From the NCBI GenBank assembly GCA_017635595.1, contig JAGBLF010000026.1:3008-67007 (forward strand): DNA of 64,000 nt, read 5' to 3'. The stretch comes from Alphaproteobacteria bacterium (GTDB lineage: Bacteria > Pseudomonadota > Alphaproteobacteria > RF32 > CAG-239). Shown here piece after piece: positions 49,786 through 59,600 of this stretch. The position numbers and the translations under genes are program-made. Below the pieces are notes generated by a model. That model was not told the DNA's origin. It saw only the letters and a program-made list of their open reading frames with translations, and did no database searches. Each line of letters begins with the position of its first letter. The first letter of the stretch is position 1.

Positions 49786-50688
49786 ATGAAAAATAAACTT
49801 CTTTTATTGATTATATGTTTTTTTGTCTGTGAAGTGTCAGTTATTTTCTGTTTTATCAACCATACACGGCAGGTTGATGAAAAAAAGATAGAAATTTATG
49901 TAGCTTATCATAAAAACTCTCCTTTGTATCAAACGGATATATTAATTCCTATCCAAGGCGGGCGAGCACTCCATTCCTCGCAAGGAAAAATTCTTGAAAA
50001 CATAATGATAGGCGATGATACCGGTGACAATATATCTTATTTAAATGACAGATACTCCGAATTAACGGTTTTATATTGGATTTGGAAAAACTCAAAAGCC
50101 GATTATGTCGGATTGATGCATTATCGGCGTTTTCTAAATCTGGCTCACAATGACCGACAATTTATTAATCGTGATAAATTTTTATATTATGGATTTACCT
50201 CGCAGCACATTGCCAAACTTATGCAAAATGCAGATATAGTTATAGCCCGTCCGGAACCTCTGAATGTCGGCAAAAATTTATATGACCACTATGCACATCA
50301 TCACTTTAAACAGGATCTTGATACCATTATTTATTATGCCAAACAGAATGATATGAAAATCGGACAGGCACTTGATTACTATTTACATCATGCCAACAGA
50401 TACAATCCGCGCAACATCTTTATAGCAAAAAAAGAAGTTATCGATGCATATTGCGAATGGCTGTTTGATATTTTAGCCAGAGCCGATAACCGACTAAAAA
50501 AGAATCATCTGTCAGAGGATAATAGCTATAAATGGTCACCGCGAAAATGGGACTATCAAAAGCGTTCTCCGGGTTTTATTGCGGAAAGATTATTTTCTTT
50601 CTGGGCGCATTTTAACAAAAACAAATATAGAGTTATCGAAAAGCCTTTTATCTTGCTGGATACAAACAGTAATTTAATATATATTTAA
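49786..50688 (+). CDS. DUF4422-like putative glycosyltransferase
   Basis: YSELTVLYWIWKN ... YVGLMHYRRF is the hallmark I associate with DUF4422. Markedly AT-rich compared with neighbours. Confidence 0.65.
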   Translation: MKNKLLLLIICFFVCEVSVIFCFINHTRQVDEKKIEIYVAYHKNSPLYQTDILIPIQGGRALHSSQGKILENIMIGDDTGDNISYLNDRYSELTVLYWIWKNSKADYVGLMHYRRFLNLAHNDRQFINRDKFLYYGFTSQHIAKLMQNADIVIARPEPLNVGKNLYDHYAHHHFKQDLDTIIYYAKQNDMKIGQALDYYLHHANRYNPRNIFIAKKEVIDAYCEWLFDILARADNRLKKNHLSEDNSYKWSPRKWDYQKRSPGFIAERLFSFWAHFNKNKYRVIEKPFILLDTNSNLIYI

Positions 50689-50751
50689 CACGGTATTCGG
50701 CCGCTTCTGCTCTTTAAAATCGATTTTTTATTTTTATGACAAAAAATACTT

Positions 50752-50773
50752 GATTTTTTTGTACAAAATAATT
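50752..50773 (+). promoter_or_regulatory. Conserved 22-nt box, copy 2 (gatttttttgtacaaaataatt)
   Basis: 21 of 22 nt identical to 18898-18919. Lies 137 nt upstream of the 50910 lipoprotein gene. Confidence 0.35.
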
Positions 50774-50909
50774 ACAATACACTCTATCAAAAAGTAATTT
50801 AAATAGCTATGATGCCTACTATTGTTCAAAAGTATAAAAGCTTTTTCATAAAGTTTTATTGTGAGCGTCATAACAAATTCAATCGTTAAATTTTCAAAAT
50901 TACCAATAT

Positions 50910-51500
50910 ATGAAAAACAGATTTTTGTTGGGAATATTTGCGACGATAGTCGGAATATTCACGCTTACGTCCTGCGACAAGGATGAGTACTTAAAAGCTG
51001 AACCTCAGCCGTATTTCTTTAAGATTGTGGATAAAAGCCACATCAACCTCTATGACCAATACGATATTCTATACGAAGAGGGTCGAGAGGCTGAGTTCAA
51101 AATCTCCCCGCAATTCACTATTAATCGATGGAGCACGCAAGCATTGGCTCCCATTGATGGAGAGCAGTTGAACCAAGAAATCGACCCTATAGACGTCAGG
51201 AGGTCAGATGGCTCATTCATCGTTGAAGTAAAATTCAACTTGTTTGAGAACCGGCTCAAAATCTCCGGCCTTAACATAGAGGGGACGGATGCCCAGGGAG
51301 AGAAGTTCTATGTATTTTGCCTTGATGAAGTTTACCTGCAAGGCGAAATCGAAATCGAGGAAGAACGCGCTTCTCCGTTTCTCCAAGAGGGAAAAATTCA
51401 TTATAAACTGGTAAAAGTCAGCAGGAAAGATTCCTTGGTGTTGGCTGAAGCCGACCAGGAGTTTATCATCTTTGATGACCCTGATGATCTTGGATTCTAA
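50910..51500 (+). CDS. Small lipoprotein, Bacteroidota-like
   Basis: Lipobox LTSC (Cys22) followed by DKDE. No SD. AAG/GAG/CTC/CCC codon usage like the 1311-aa gene. Lies 14 nt upstream of the barrel gene. Confidence 0.75.
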   Translation: MKNRFLLGIFATIVGIFTLTSCDKDEYLKAEPQPYFFKIVDKSHINLYDQYDILYEEGREAEFKISPQFTINRWSTQALAPIDGEQLNQEIDPIDVRRSDGSFIVEVKFNLFENRLKISGLNIEGTDAQGEKFYVFCLDEVYLQGEIEIEEERASPFLQEGKIHYKLVKVSRKDSLVLAEADQEFIIFDDPDDLGF

Positions 51501-51514
51501 AAAAAATAAACATT

Positions 51515-53203
51515 ATGAAAAAGATAATATTTATGCTGTTAGCTGTGGCAGCAATATCCGCGCAGGCGCAAACCTGTAAGGTATCTGCCACCAAAAACAA
51601 CGGTAAAATAATCCAGATTTCAGTAAATTTGGATTCTCTTAAGGGTAAAACCTTAGTCACAACAATCAGCCAAAAAAAGAGCGATGTCGTTCTTAACATG
51701 GCTTATGAAGGTGATAATACTGATTCTATTGCCGTTGTTGCTCGTGAAGACAGTAGCGAGGCAGCAGACACGTTGGCTACAACCGGTGCGTTAGCTAAAG
51801 CTGATACGTTAGCCGAAGCTGATACGTTGGGACTGGACTCTTTGACGACGTCCGATGCGGAAGTTTCCGAATCCGCAACAGGTGGAAGCACCTCTATTCT
51901 GGGAACGGCACTAAACATTATAGGACTTGGCGGTCTTGTTTCAGGTTCTCAGAGTGCCCAGTACGAAGAATACGCCGCAAAAGCTTTAACGGAGATAACT
52001 ATGGTCGACTCGACCAAATATATTCCCCAATACAAGCAAAGAAAGTGGAAATGGTTGAGAAAGTACAAGTCTTATTCAACCTTAGAACTTTCAGGTATCT
52101 TCGGTAAAGACTTCGGAGATAATGAGGACAAAGGAGAAGAGGATATTGATGCCGAAGACTACGGCATGGACCCCGAGAAGAAATTTAATCTTGGTGGTAG
52201 CGCCAAGTTTTCTCAGGTATTTATCCCCGGTACCTATGCCGAAGACGGCACTTTTAAGCCTAACAGGCTTAACTTCGGATGGTCAATCGGAGCTTTGTTT
52301 GCTGTTGACGTCCAGAAAAATTACGGATGGTCAACAGACTTCATGGCAAAGGTTGGCATCCAGGCCGGTAACGGATTGACACTCGGTGTCGATGCCTTGG
52401 TCGGTGGTGGTACAACGCCTTATGCTATCTACTCGTCCGATGGTATTAACTATCGCTCGGTATTGCATAATCAGTTGTGTTTCAAATACGGCGTACAAGT
52501 TTGGGTATCTTCCAACTTTGGCAGTAACACCTATACCGCTCTGTTTGCAAGATTGGTCAGAAGTGTTGCGCCTAATTCGGTGTATGAGCATCCGACGGCC
52601 CAATTTTGGGAGAACGAGCTCATCGATTTCGATGAAGGCAGTTGGCAAGTCGGAATCGCAGTCGGATACAAGTTCGGTTATAACCCGGATTTGCAATCTA
52701 AGAGACTGCAGGCTACCTTGTCCAGCGGCTATTCCCTCACCGGCCACGATAAGGCCATGTTGAGAGTGGAATTGGAGAAAATCAACCAGATTTCTCCAAA
52801 ACTTGATTTCTCATATGGTCTGGGCTTCGGTCAGACATTGGGAGAAGAGCGTCTGAAGCATCTGACCATCAACGGTGGATGGTTTTACCGTCTCAAGCCT
52901 ACACACAAATTCGGCTATATTGCAAAAGTATATGCCGGTTTCGGTGAATTTATGATCACCAAGAATTTGTGCTCTGAAGATGGTGAGTTTGAAATGTCTC
53001 ACACTGTCAGAAAGCTTGGCTTGATGGGTGGTACCAACCTTGGTGTCGGTTTCCGATTCAAGTGCAGTACTATATCTGCTACAATGCGAATCGGGTATCA
53101 TTATTGTTTCTCTCCCGAATACAATGGATACGAAACAAATATTGACACTGGCCTAAGAGGATGGGATATTGCTCCGATGATAGGATACACTCTAAACTTC
53201 TAA
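51515..53203 (+). CDS. Outer-membrane beta-barrel protein with low-complexity N-terminal region
   Basis: Signal peptide MKKIIFMLLAVAAISAQAQT. Ala/Asp/Thr-rich region with three ADTL repeats. About 400 aa of alternating amphipathic strands ending GYTLNF (terminal Phe). Confidence 0.8.
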   Translation: MKKIIFMLLAVAAISAQAQTCKVSATKNNGKIIQISVNLDSLKGKTLVTTISQKKSDVVLNMAYEGDNTDSIAVVAREDSSEAADTLATTGALAKADTLAEADTLGLDSLTTSDAEVSESATGGSTSILGTALNIIGLGGLVSGSQSAQYEEYAAKALTEITMVDSTKYIPQYKQRKWKWLRKYKSYSTLELSGIFGKDFGDNEDKGEEDIDAEDYGMDPEKKFNLGGSAKFSQVFIPGTYAEDGTFKPNRLNFGWSIGALFAVDVQKNYGWSTDFMAKVGIQAGNGLTLGVDALVGGGTTPYAIYSSDGINYRSVLHNQLCFKYGVQVWVSSNFGSNTYTALFARLVRSVAPNSVYEHPTAQFWENELIDFDEGSWQVGIAVGYKFGYNPDLQSKRLQATLSSGYSLTGHDKAMLRVELEKINQISPKLDFSYGLGFGQTLGEERLKHLTINGGWFYRLKPTHKFGYIAKVYAGFGEFMITKNLCSEDGEFEMSHTVRKLGLMGGTNLGVGFRFKCSTISATMRIGYHYCFSPEYNGYETNIDTGLRGWDIAPMIGYTLNF

Positions 53204-53208
53204 CTAAA

Positions 53209-53249
53209 AGAGGCAAACACTGTAACAAGTGCTTGCCTCTTTGGTTTTT
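53209..53249 (+). terminator. Terminator after the barrel gene
   Basis: agaggcaa (53209-53216) / ttgcctct (53233-53240) with an inner cact/agtg pair, followed by ttggttttt. Confidence 0.65.
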
Positions 53250-53299
53250 AAATATGGAAGTTTCCTTAAAAATCCAATCTTCTTACGCTGCTTATGGAT

Positions 53300-55825
53300 T
53301 TAAAAGTACTTCCAAGTAATTGAACAAGTGTCTTGTCCTTCACAATTACAAGCCTCCACCGCCGTATTGATTTGCATCGGTACACTCATTTTCGAACCGT
53401 CAACACAAGCGATTACTCTGTCTGAAAAAATTAATGCCGAACCGCTGCAAGGTGTCATACCGTCACGAACTAAATCCTTGTCTTCTTTGTTGGCTTTGGT
53501 CAAAGAATAACCATATACCCCTATACCGACAAATCCGTCGGCGGAAGATCCCCAATCATCCGTTGCCATAGTCACACAGGCTTCTCTCGATAAACCGGAA
53601 AAAGTGACGACAAATGCTTTATCCCCAAGCGGATCTTCCGTACTATCGGAAGACAATTTTGCCGAGCTTATATATACCGGACCGCCCAAGGCATGAACCA
53701 ATGTGCCGCTTTCGGCATCTTTACCCATTTCATCGGGAACAATTCCCATTTTAACGGCCGATACATTATCCAAACCGTTGTAAGACTGCTGTTGGGCATA
53801 CATTGTACGGATATTAGCCGCAAGCATTGTTGCTTGATTAGCGGCCTTATTAATATTATATGCGCTCGAGGCTTTTGAATAACCGGCAACAGCTCCGATT
53901 GTTATCACGCCCAGTACGGGACTGGCGCTTATATCCAGTTTACCTTCTTTTATACGGTGTTGGATTTCCTTAAAATCTTTATTTAATCCGTTCGTAATAT
54001 TATCCACTTCTTCTTTTCCGATAATATTAAGTAATTCTTGTCCGGAAATAATCTTACCATCGGAATAAAAACCATCTTTAGTAGCCTTAAAAACATTAGC
54101 CGGTTTATTATTGCCGTCGTATGTATAGATGCTCAGCTCAAATTTTTCCGGCAGTGCTAAATTTTTATCGTTGATATCTGCACCCGGTCTGATTTTAGCC
54201 ACAGCCGAAGCAATTTTTTTACCTTTATCATTTACTAAAGTAGCATCAGCCGATTCCAGCGAATTAGCCAAATTTGTCGCCAACTTACCCGTTTGTTCCA
54301 GTTGTTCCGATTTCGGTTTTTGAGATTTCATATTTTGTAAAATCGTACTGACTGTTTTTTTGTAACTTTCTGCAAAATTTTCTTTAAATCTGACATTAAA
54401 ATCACCGAGCGGTTTATCCGATAACGGGTAGTTTACCCTAATATTCAAGTGTCGTCCTTTTAACATAAGATTTGCAAATATTTTATCGTTGATATATCCT
54501 TTTGAACTAAATACACCGGAAAAACCATCCGTAAAATTGAAACTTCCGTCAAGTTTGCTCACCGTTTTTCCGTTTATCACGGTTTCCAAATTAGATATGG
54601 TATAATTTCGCAAAAATCCTTTGATGAATTTTATATTATCGTCTTCATTCTGTTTGGAAAAGGCATATTGTACAAATATCGGAATTAATTTCTTCACACC
54701 TTTGTTTGTTATTTTTACCGACATTTTTTCATTATCTGTTTTGTTGGTATATGACAGTTCGTCATTTTCGGCTGTATAAGTCAGCGAAGTATTAATTCTC
54801 TCCACACCTGCCATAGAAGACAAGAATACTTTTGCTTCAGGATGTATTTTTAACAGTTCTTCAATTTTATCGGAATCGGCTTCAGCACTACACTCCAGTT
54901 TTGAATCTTTGACAAAGCCCGGATATTTAAAACCGCCGCTATATGTACAATTTACGTCCGGATGAGTCAATTTAGCCTCAGTTAACTCTATTTTACCGGC
55001 CAACTCTTCAAATGCTTTATAGTCAAATTTGTCATCTTTTGCCTTCTTATAGGCGGCAATAAAGGCATTAGCAGCTTCTTCGTTACCGCCGTTGATATTG
55101 CCGGAAATTTCGATATTTCCTTTTTCATCACCGTACTTTATTTTGATATCTTTATCAGATACGGTAAATTCGGTAGCCGTCATTTCAGTCGGATTATCAA
55201 AATCGGGAGCCTTAATGGAAACAGTAGTTGTATTCTTAAAATCAGGATACTGAAAACCGCCGTTCATATCAAAATCATAATTACCATCATCTTCGGTATA
55301 TCTGAACTTTTCGACTTTTAAGCATTTGGCAAATTGTATAAAATTATCTGTATTTCTTTCATCGGCCAATTTTTGCAGCGCCAAAATAAACGGCTCATCC
55401 GCGCATACTATTTGTCCCGTTAATTTAAAAGAAGAATCATCATTTTTCTTTTGAATTTCAAGTGTTCCGTCATTGGCTGAGATCTTTAAATCGGCAAAGT
55501 CTTTTACATTTTCATCAGCCTGAACTTTCATATCGCCCATAATATTATTATCAAAATATCCGAATTTTATTTCACCCTCACCGAATGTTACCGATGCCGA
55601 ACCGTTTTTCTTGCCTCCGATAACATTATAAGTATGAATAAGTTTTCCTTGTTCGTCATACAATTTTCCGGCACCGTTTTCTTTAAAAAACTTACGTTCG
55701 ACAAAGGTTTTCATTTTCCCGTCGGGATAATACGTGATATTCGGTTGATTACCGTACCAGTAAACAGCACCGGCAGCACCTGCAAGAATTAAAACAAAAG
55801 ATATTACTAAAACATTTTTATTCAT
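53300..55825 (-). CDS. Membrane-anchored protein with MORN/YwqK-like repeats and a type IVb-pilin-like C-terminal domain
   Basis: N-terminal anchor VLVISFVLILAGAAGAVYWY, then YYPDGKMK...GKLYDEQGKL repeats. An internal hydrophobic helix (VLGVITIGAVAGY) is followed by KAANQATMLAANIRTMYAQQQSYNGL ... HALGGPVYI ... KAFVVTFSGLSREACVTMAT, which resembles the TcpA-type pilin core by eye. Confidence 0.8.
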   Translation of the reverse strand: MNKNVLVISFVLILAGAAGAVYWYGNQPNITYYPDGKMKTFVERKFFKENGAGKLYDEQGKLIHTYNVIGGKKNGSASVTFGEGEIKFGYFDNNIMGDMKVQADENVKDFADLKISANDGTLEIQKKNDDSSFKLTGQIVCADEPFILALQKLADERNTDNFIQFAKCLKVEKFRYTEDDGNYDFDMNGGFQYPDFKNTTTVSIKAPDFDNPTEMTATEFTVSDKDIKIKYGDEKGNIEISGNINGGNEEAANAFIAAYKKAKDDKFDYKAFEELAGKIELTEAKLTHPDVNCTYSGGFKYPGFVKDSKLECSAEADSDKIEELLKIHPEAKVFLSSMAGVERINTSLTYTAENDELSYTNKTDNEKMSVKITNKGVKKLIPIFVQYAFSKQNEDDNIKFIKGFLRNYTISNLETVINGKTVSKLDGSFNFTDGFSGVFSSKGYINDKIFANLMLKGRHLNIRVNYPLSDKPLGDFNVRFKENFAESYKKTVSTILQNMKSQKPKSEQLEQTGKLATNLANSLESADATLVNDKGKKIASAVAKIRPGADINDKNLALPEKFELSIYTYDGNNKPANVFKATKDGFYSDGKIISGQELLNIIGKEEVDNITNGLNKDFKEIQHRIKEGKLDISASPVLGVITIGAVAGYSKASSAYNINKAANQATMLAANIRTMYAQQQSYNGLDNVSAVKMGIVPDEMGKDAESGTLVHALGGPVYISSAKLSSDSTEDPLGDKAFVVTFSGLSREACVTMATDDWGSSADGFVGIGVYGYSLTKANKEDKDLVRDGMTPCSGSALIFSDRVIACVDGSKMSVPMQINTAVEACNCEGQDTCSITWKYF

Positions 55826-55940
55826 GATAATTTACTCACTGATAGAAAAATAACAACTAAGGAGAATATATGTAATCATCCGACAAATTGCAACAGAAAA
55901 CTGACAACAAAAAACTTTGATTTGACACCATGAACTGTTT

Positions 55941-56459
55941 CTATAATTTCGGCGTTTTAACTATTTTCAAAAATGACATTTTATCGTCTATTACTGCTTG
56001 TGCACCACGCATAAACGCAAAAAATTCCACGGTTTGTCCGTTATGCAAAAAAATCTGCACGCATAAGCACAAAAACGGATATTTAAGAGGATTTCCGTAG
56101 CAACTGAAATAATCATAACCTTCGATATCCGCCAAAAAAATAATTTCATTTTTGCCGGAAGATTTAACGTGTAAATAAGTGTGTGCTTTATTAATATACA
56201 ATTTCGGTGCACGAAACATATAACATACTATATAGATTACATATCCAGCTGTTGCCAAAAACATTGAAAACAGCACTATTTTTCCTTCAGATGCGTGAAC
56301 TGCCATAAAAAGCAACAAAGAAAGCCCGCTCAAAATTGTCGCAAGCACAATAAAACGCCACCATATTTCACTGTTATCCGGATAAAAAAGCTCTTCTTTT
56401 TCCGCCGTCGCGGATATTGTTTTTTTATCAATCATCTTACTCTCTGCATAGTTTATCAT
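55941..56459 (-). CDS. Hypothetical two-TM membrane protein
   Basis: 172 aa with two adjacent hydrophobic helices followed by a soluble domain. Confidence 0.5.
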   Translation of the reverse strand: MINYAESKMIDKKTISATAEKEELFYPDNSEIWWRFIVLATILSGLSLLLFMAVHASEGKIVLFSMFLATAGYVIYIVCYMFRAPKLYINKAHTYLHVKSSGKNEIIFLADIEGYDYFSCYGNPLKYPFLCLCVQIFLHNGQTVEFFAFMRGAQAVIDDKMSFLKIVKTPKL

Positions 56460-56658
56460 CGGACATTTTTACCGGTGACAGCCGTCATCAATAGTTTTTT
56501 TGATTTTAATGCAACACCCGAGCATTATCAATAAAAAACTTATCGATAAATTCAAATATCCGGCAAGATGCTTTTTTTTACGCTGGACAGAAGAACTTTT
56601 TTTTGCTAACGTTTCTGCAAACTGATGTGTTCGTACTTTTGCAGATCGGAGTAATGTC

Positions 56659-59600
56659 ATGAAGAATGATTTAATAGCCCTAACCGCCTTGTCCTTATGT
56701 TATGCAAATACAAGTTATGCTGTCGATAATTATTTAATCAACGGAGATAATTTTTCTTACAGCTATGATGTTTATCAGGCCGGTGAAGCCTTTGTCTTAG
56801 GCGACGAGTCAAAAATAAGTACTTTTAATATCCCCAACAGCTATTTATCACCGTTGTTTACGGCTTCAAAAAGTTGGGCAAGTGTTATTAACAGTCCGGC
56901 AAATGTAAATCCGGTTACTTATGCGCTTTTATCTGAAAATGAGTATAACGCTTCGGCCGGAAGTCTGTATGTAGATGTTGAAGGAAAGCCATACAGAGTG
57001 ACTATGGTTAATGCCGCAATTAACGGGCTTAAACCGACCGGTCCGAAAGAAATTTTGGAGGCATCATCCGTTGACGGTTTCGTATTTTTAGGTTTGGGTG
57101 TTGAAGAAGACCAACCGGGTTGGGAACCATATTCCGGTCTTCATTCATTATATCACGGTAAATTACCTGACTTACATGTTGTCATGTTACATGAAATTAT
57201 GCACTCTTTGGGTATATCTTCAGCAGCCTCGCAAGTTAATGAAGATCAGGGAGACGAGGCCTACTATTTTACGGAAAAAGGCGGTAATTTATCGGTATTC
57301 GACAAAGACTTGCGAATTTACACCGGTAAAACATCGGCAGTATTTAATCCGGCTTTGGAAATTAAAGCGAAACCCTATATGTCTATCGGTGAAGGCGAAG
57401 ATTTTGACGTTATGACATACGCACCTTATTATGTCGGTGACAACACTTTGAAAGTACTTTCCGGCAAAGCCGATTATAATGATGCCAAACAAGCGATTAT
57501 CGATAACGGCGGTCTGACCAATTATTCCATTTCTTACGGAACGCCGCTTTCCCCTTATCCGCAGGTTTTCGGTTTGCCTATTCATAATGCCGATGATGAC
57601 GAAATTGATTTATCGCATATCGAGCTCAGAAACAGTTTTATGTCGCACCAAAATTACAGAAACTGGATGGTTCCGATGGAAGCGGAATTGGCCGTTTTAA
57701 AAGATATCGGATACGATATAGATTTAAGAAAATATTTCGGTAAATCCTATTATTTAAATGACATAACCGATACTTTCACAACCGGATATTCCGAATGGAA
57801 CGGTAGCGCCTACACAGGTGCTTTCAGCAATGTAGCACAAGGTGTCGGCTTACATATATACGGCGACCGCAACAATATTACCCAAGATTCGGATATAGCG
57901 ACTTCCGGTGAAGGTGCTATCGGTGCCAGAATAGACGGTGTTAAAAACAAATACACTCTCGCCGACGGCAACTCAATTCAGACCAGCGGTAAAGAGAATT
58001 TGGGTATTGCCGTCACATGGGGACAAGATCATATTATTAATGTCGAACAAAATACGTCCGTAATTGCCAACGGTGAAAACGGTAAAGCCGTCAGCTTTGA
58101 CTTCGGTGCTAATTTATTCGGCAGCCTTGATACCGCAAAAGGTTCGTACATAAATTATGATTCCGATTTCGGGTATAACAAAACACCGGGGGCCGAGACA
58201 TCTTCGGCGCTGGTTGATACCTTCAACGTTGCCGGAATACTGCAGGGCTCCAAAGCTGCTATTTATATCTCGGATAACGCCCATGTCAGAAATATCAACA
58301 TTCATGCCGGCGCGCAAATAACCGGTGACATTATATCCGAGTGGAACTCCGTTCAGTCCGGTCAAAAAGCCAAAGTCCAGAGATATAACGGTTCTTACTG
58401 GGTACCGGTTAATCCTTATGACGAAAGCCAGATTTATTACACAAACATCAATGTTTACTCGGCTTTCAACGGTGTTATTAACGGCAATATCGTCGGTGAT
58501 AGCGAAGTGTATAACACCTTAAAATTGAACAACCTCGGTAATTTGACTATTGCCGGTGACACCATTGACGTTGCCGCACTCGACAACAGCGGTGTTCTTA
58601 ATGTCTATGATGCCGATTTAACCGTTCAGAGCGGTGAAATTACCGGCGGCGGCACATTGAACGTTAATCAAAAACTGGCGGTTGATTCCGATTTAGCAAC
58701 CATCGACAATACCGTTAATCTGGCAACCGCTTCATTGTTCTCTGCCATGAACGGCGGCGTTCAGAATATCGAATTCTACAAGTTAAACGCCGATGATGCC
58801 AAAATATCCTTTGATGTCGGCGATACCTTCCTTTTGGCTAATGCTTCATCGGCCGATACGGCAAGCATTGCTCAGCTTAAAACCGATGAAGAAATCGCTG
58901 TACAGTTGCGTGACGGAACTCAGATTGAATTGTTTGCCTCGGATAATACTTTAGATTTAGGCACATCATCAGCTAATATTTATTATGGCGGCAATAAGTA
59001 TACATTAACACAAAATACGAGTAATATGCGTATGTTAGACATTAATCTCACGGCAACCGATGTCGAACTGGGTGATGCCGTTGCCGATGAAACAGCCTCA
59101 AATTATATCGTCACTGAAGCTAAACTGAACAAAGATGCCGGAACGGTTCATGGTGATGATTTTGAAATAAGCGGAGACAGCATTGATGTTAACGGCCATA
59201 AAGGTTTGGTGATCGATGGCTTGCTGAATGCCAACGGCACAAAATTGAAAACGGATATTTTCGGCGCTTCCGACAGCGATTTAACGCTGGTCAACGGCGG
59301 CAAATTACTGGTTGATGCCGCACAAAAGAGCATCACTTTGGGCCAAAAAGGCGAGAACGCTCTCCAAATAAATAACGGTGAAGCTATACTTTATGCCGAA
59401 AATGATGATATTTATGTCGGCGGCGATGTCAAAGGTACGGATAATCAAACCGATACGTTAACTTTGACCGGCGGCAATATTGCTTTGAATAACGTTCAAA
59501 ATGTCAAGATTGATATAAATAATGCCAATACCCACTTAAACGGTATGTCTGTCAACGGTATATGGCAGGCCGACAATGGTGTTTTAACGGTTAAAAAAGA

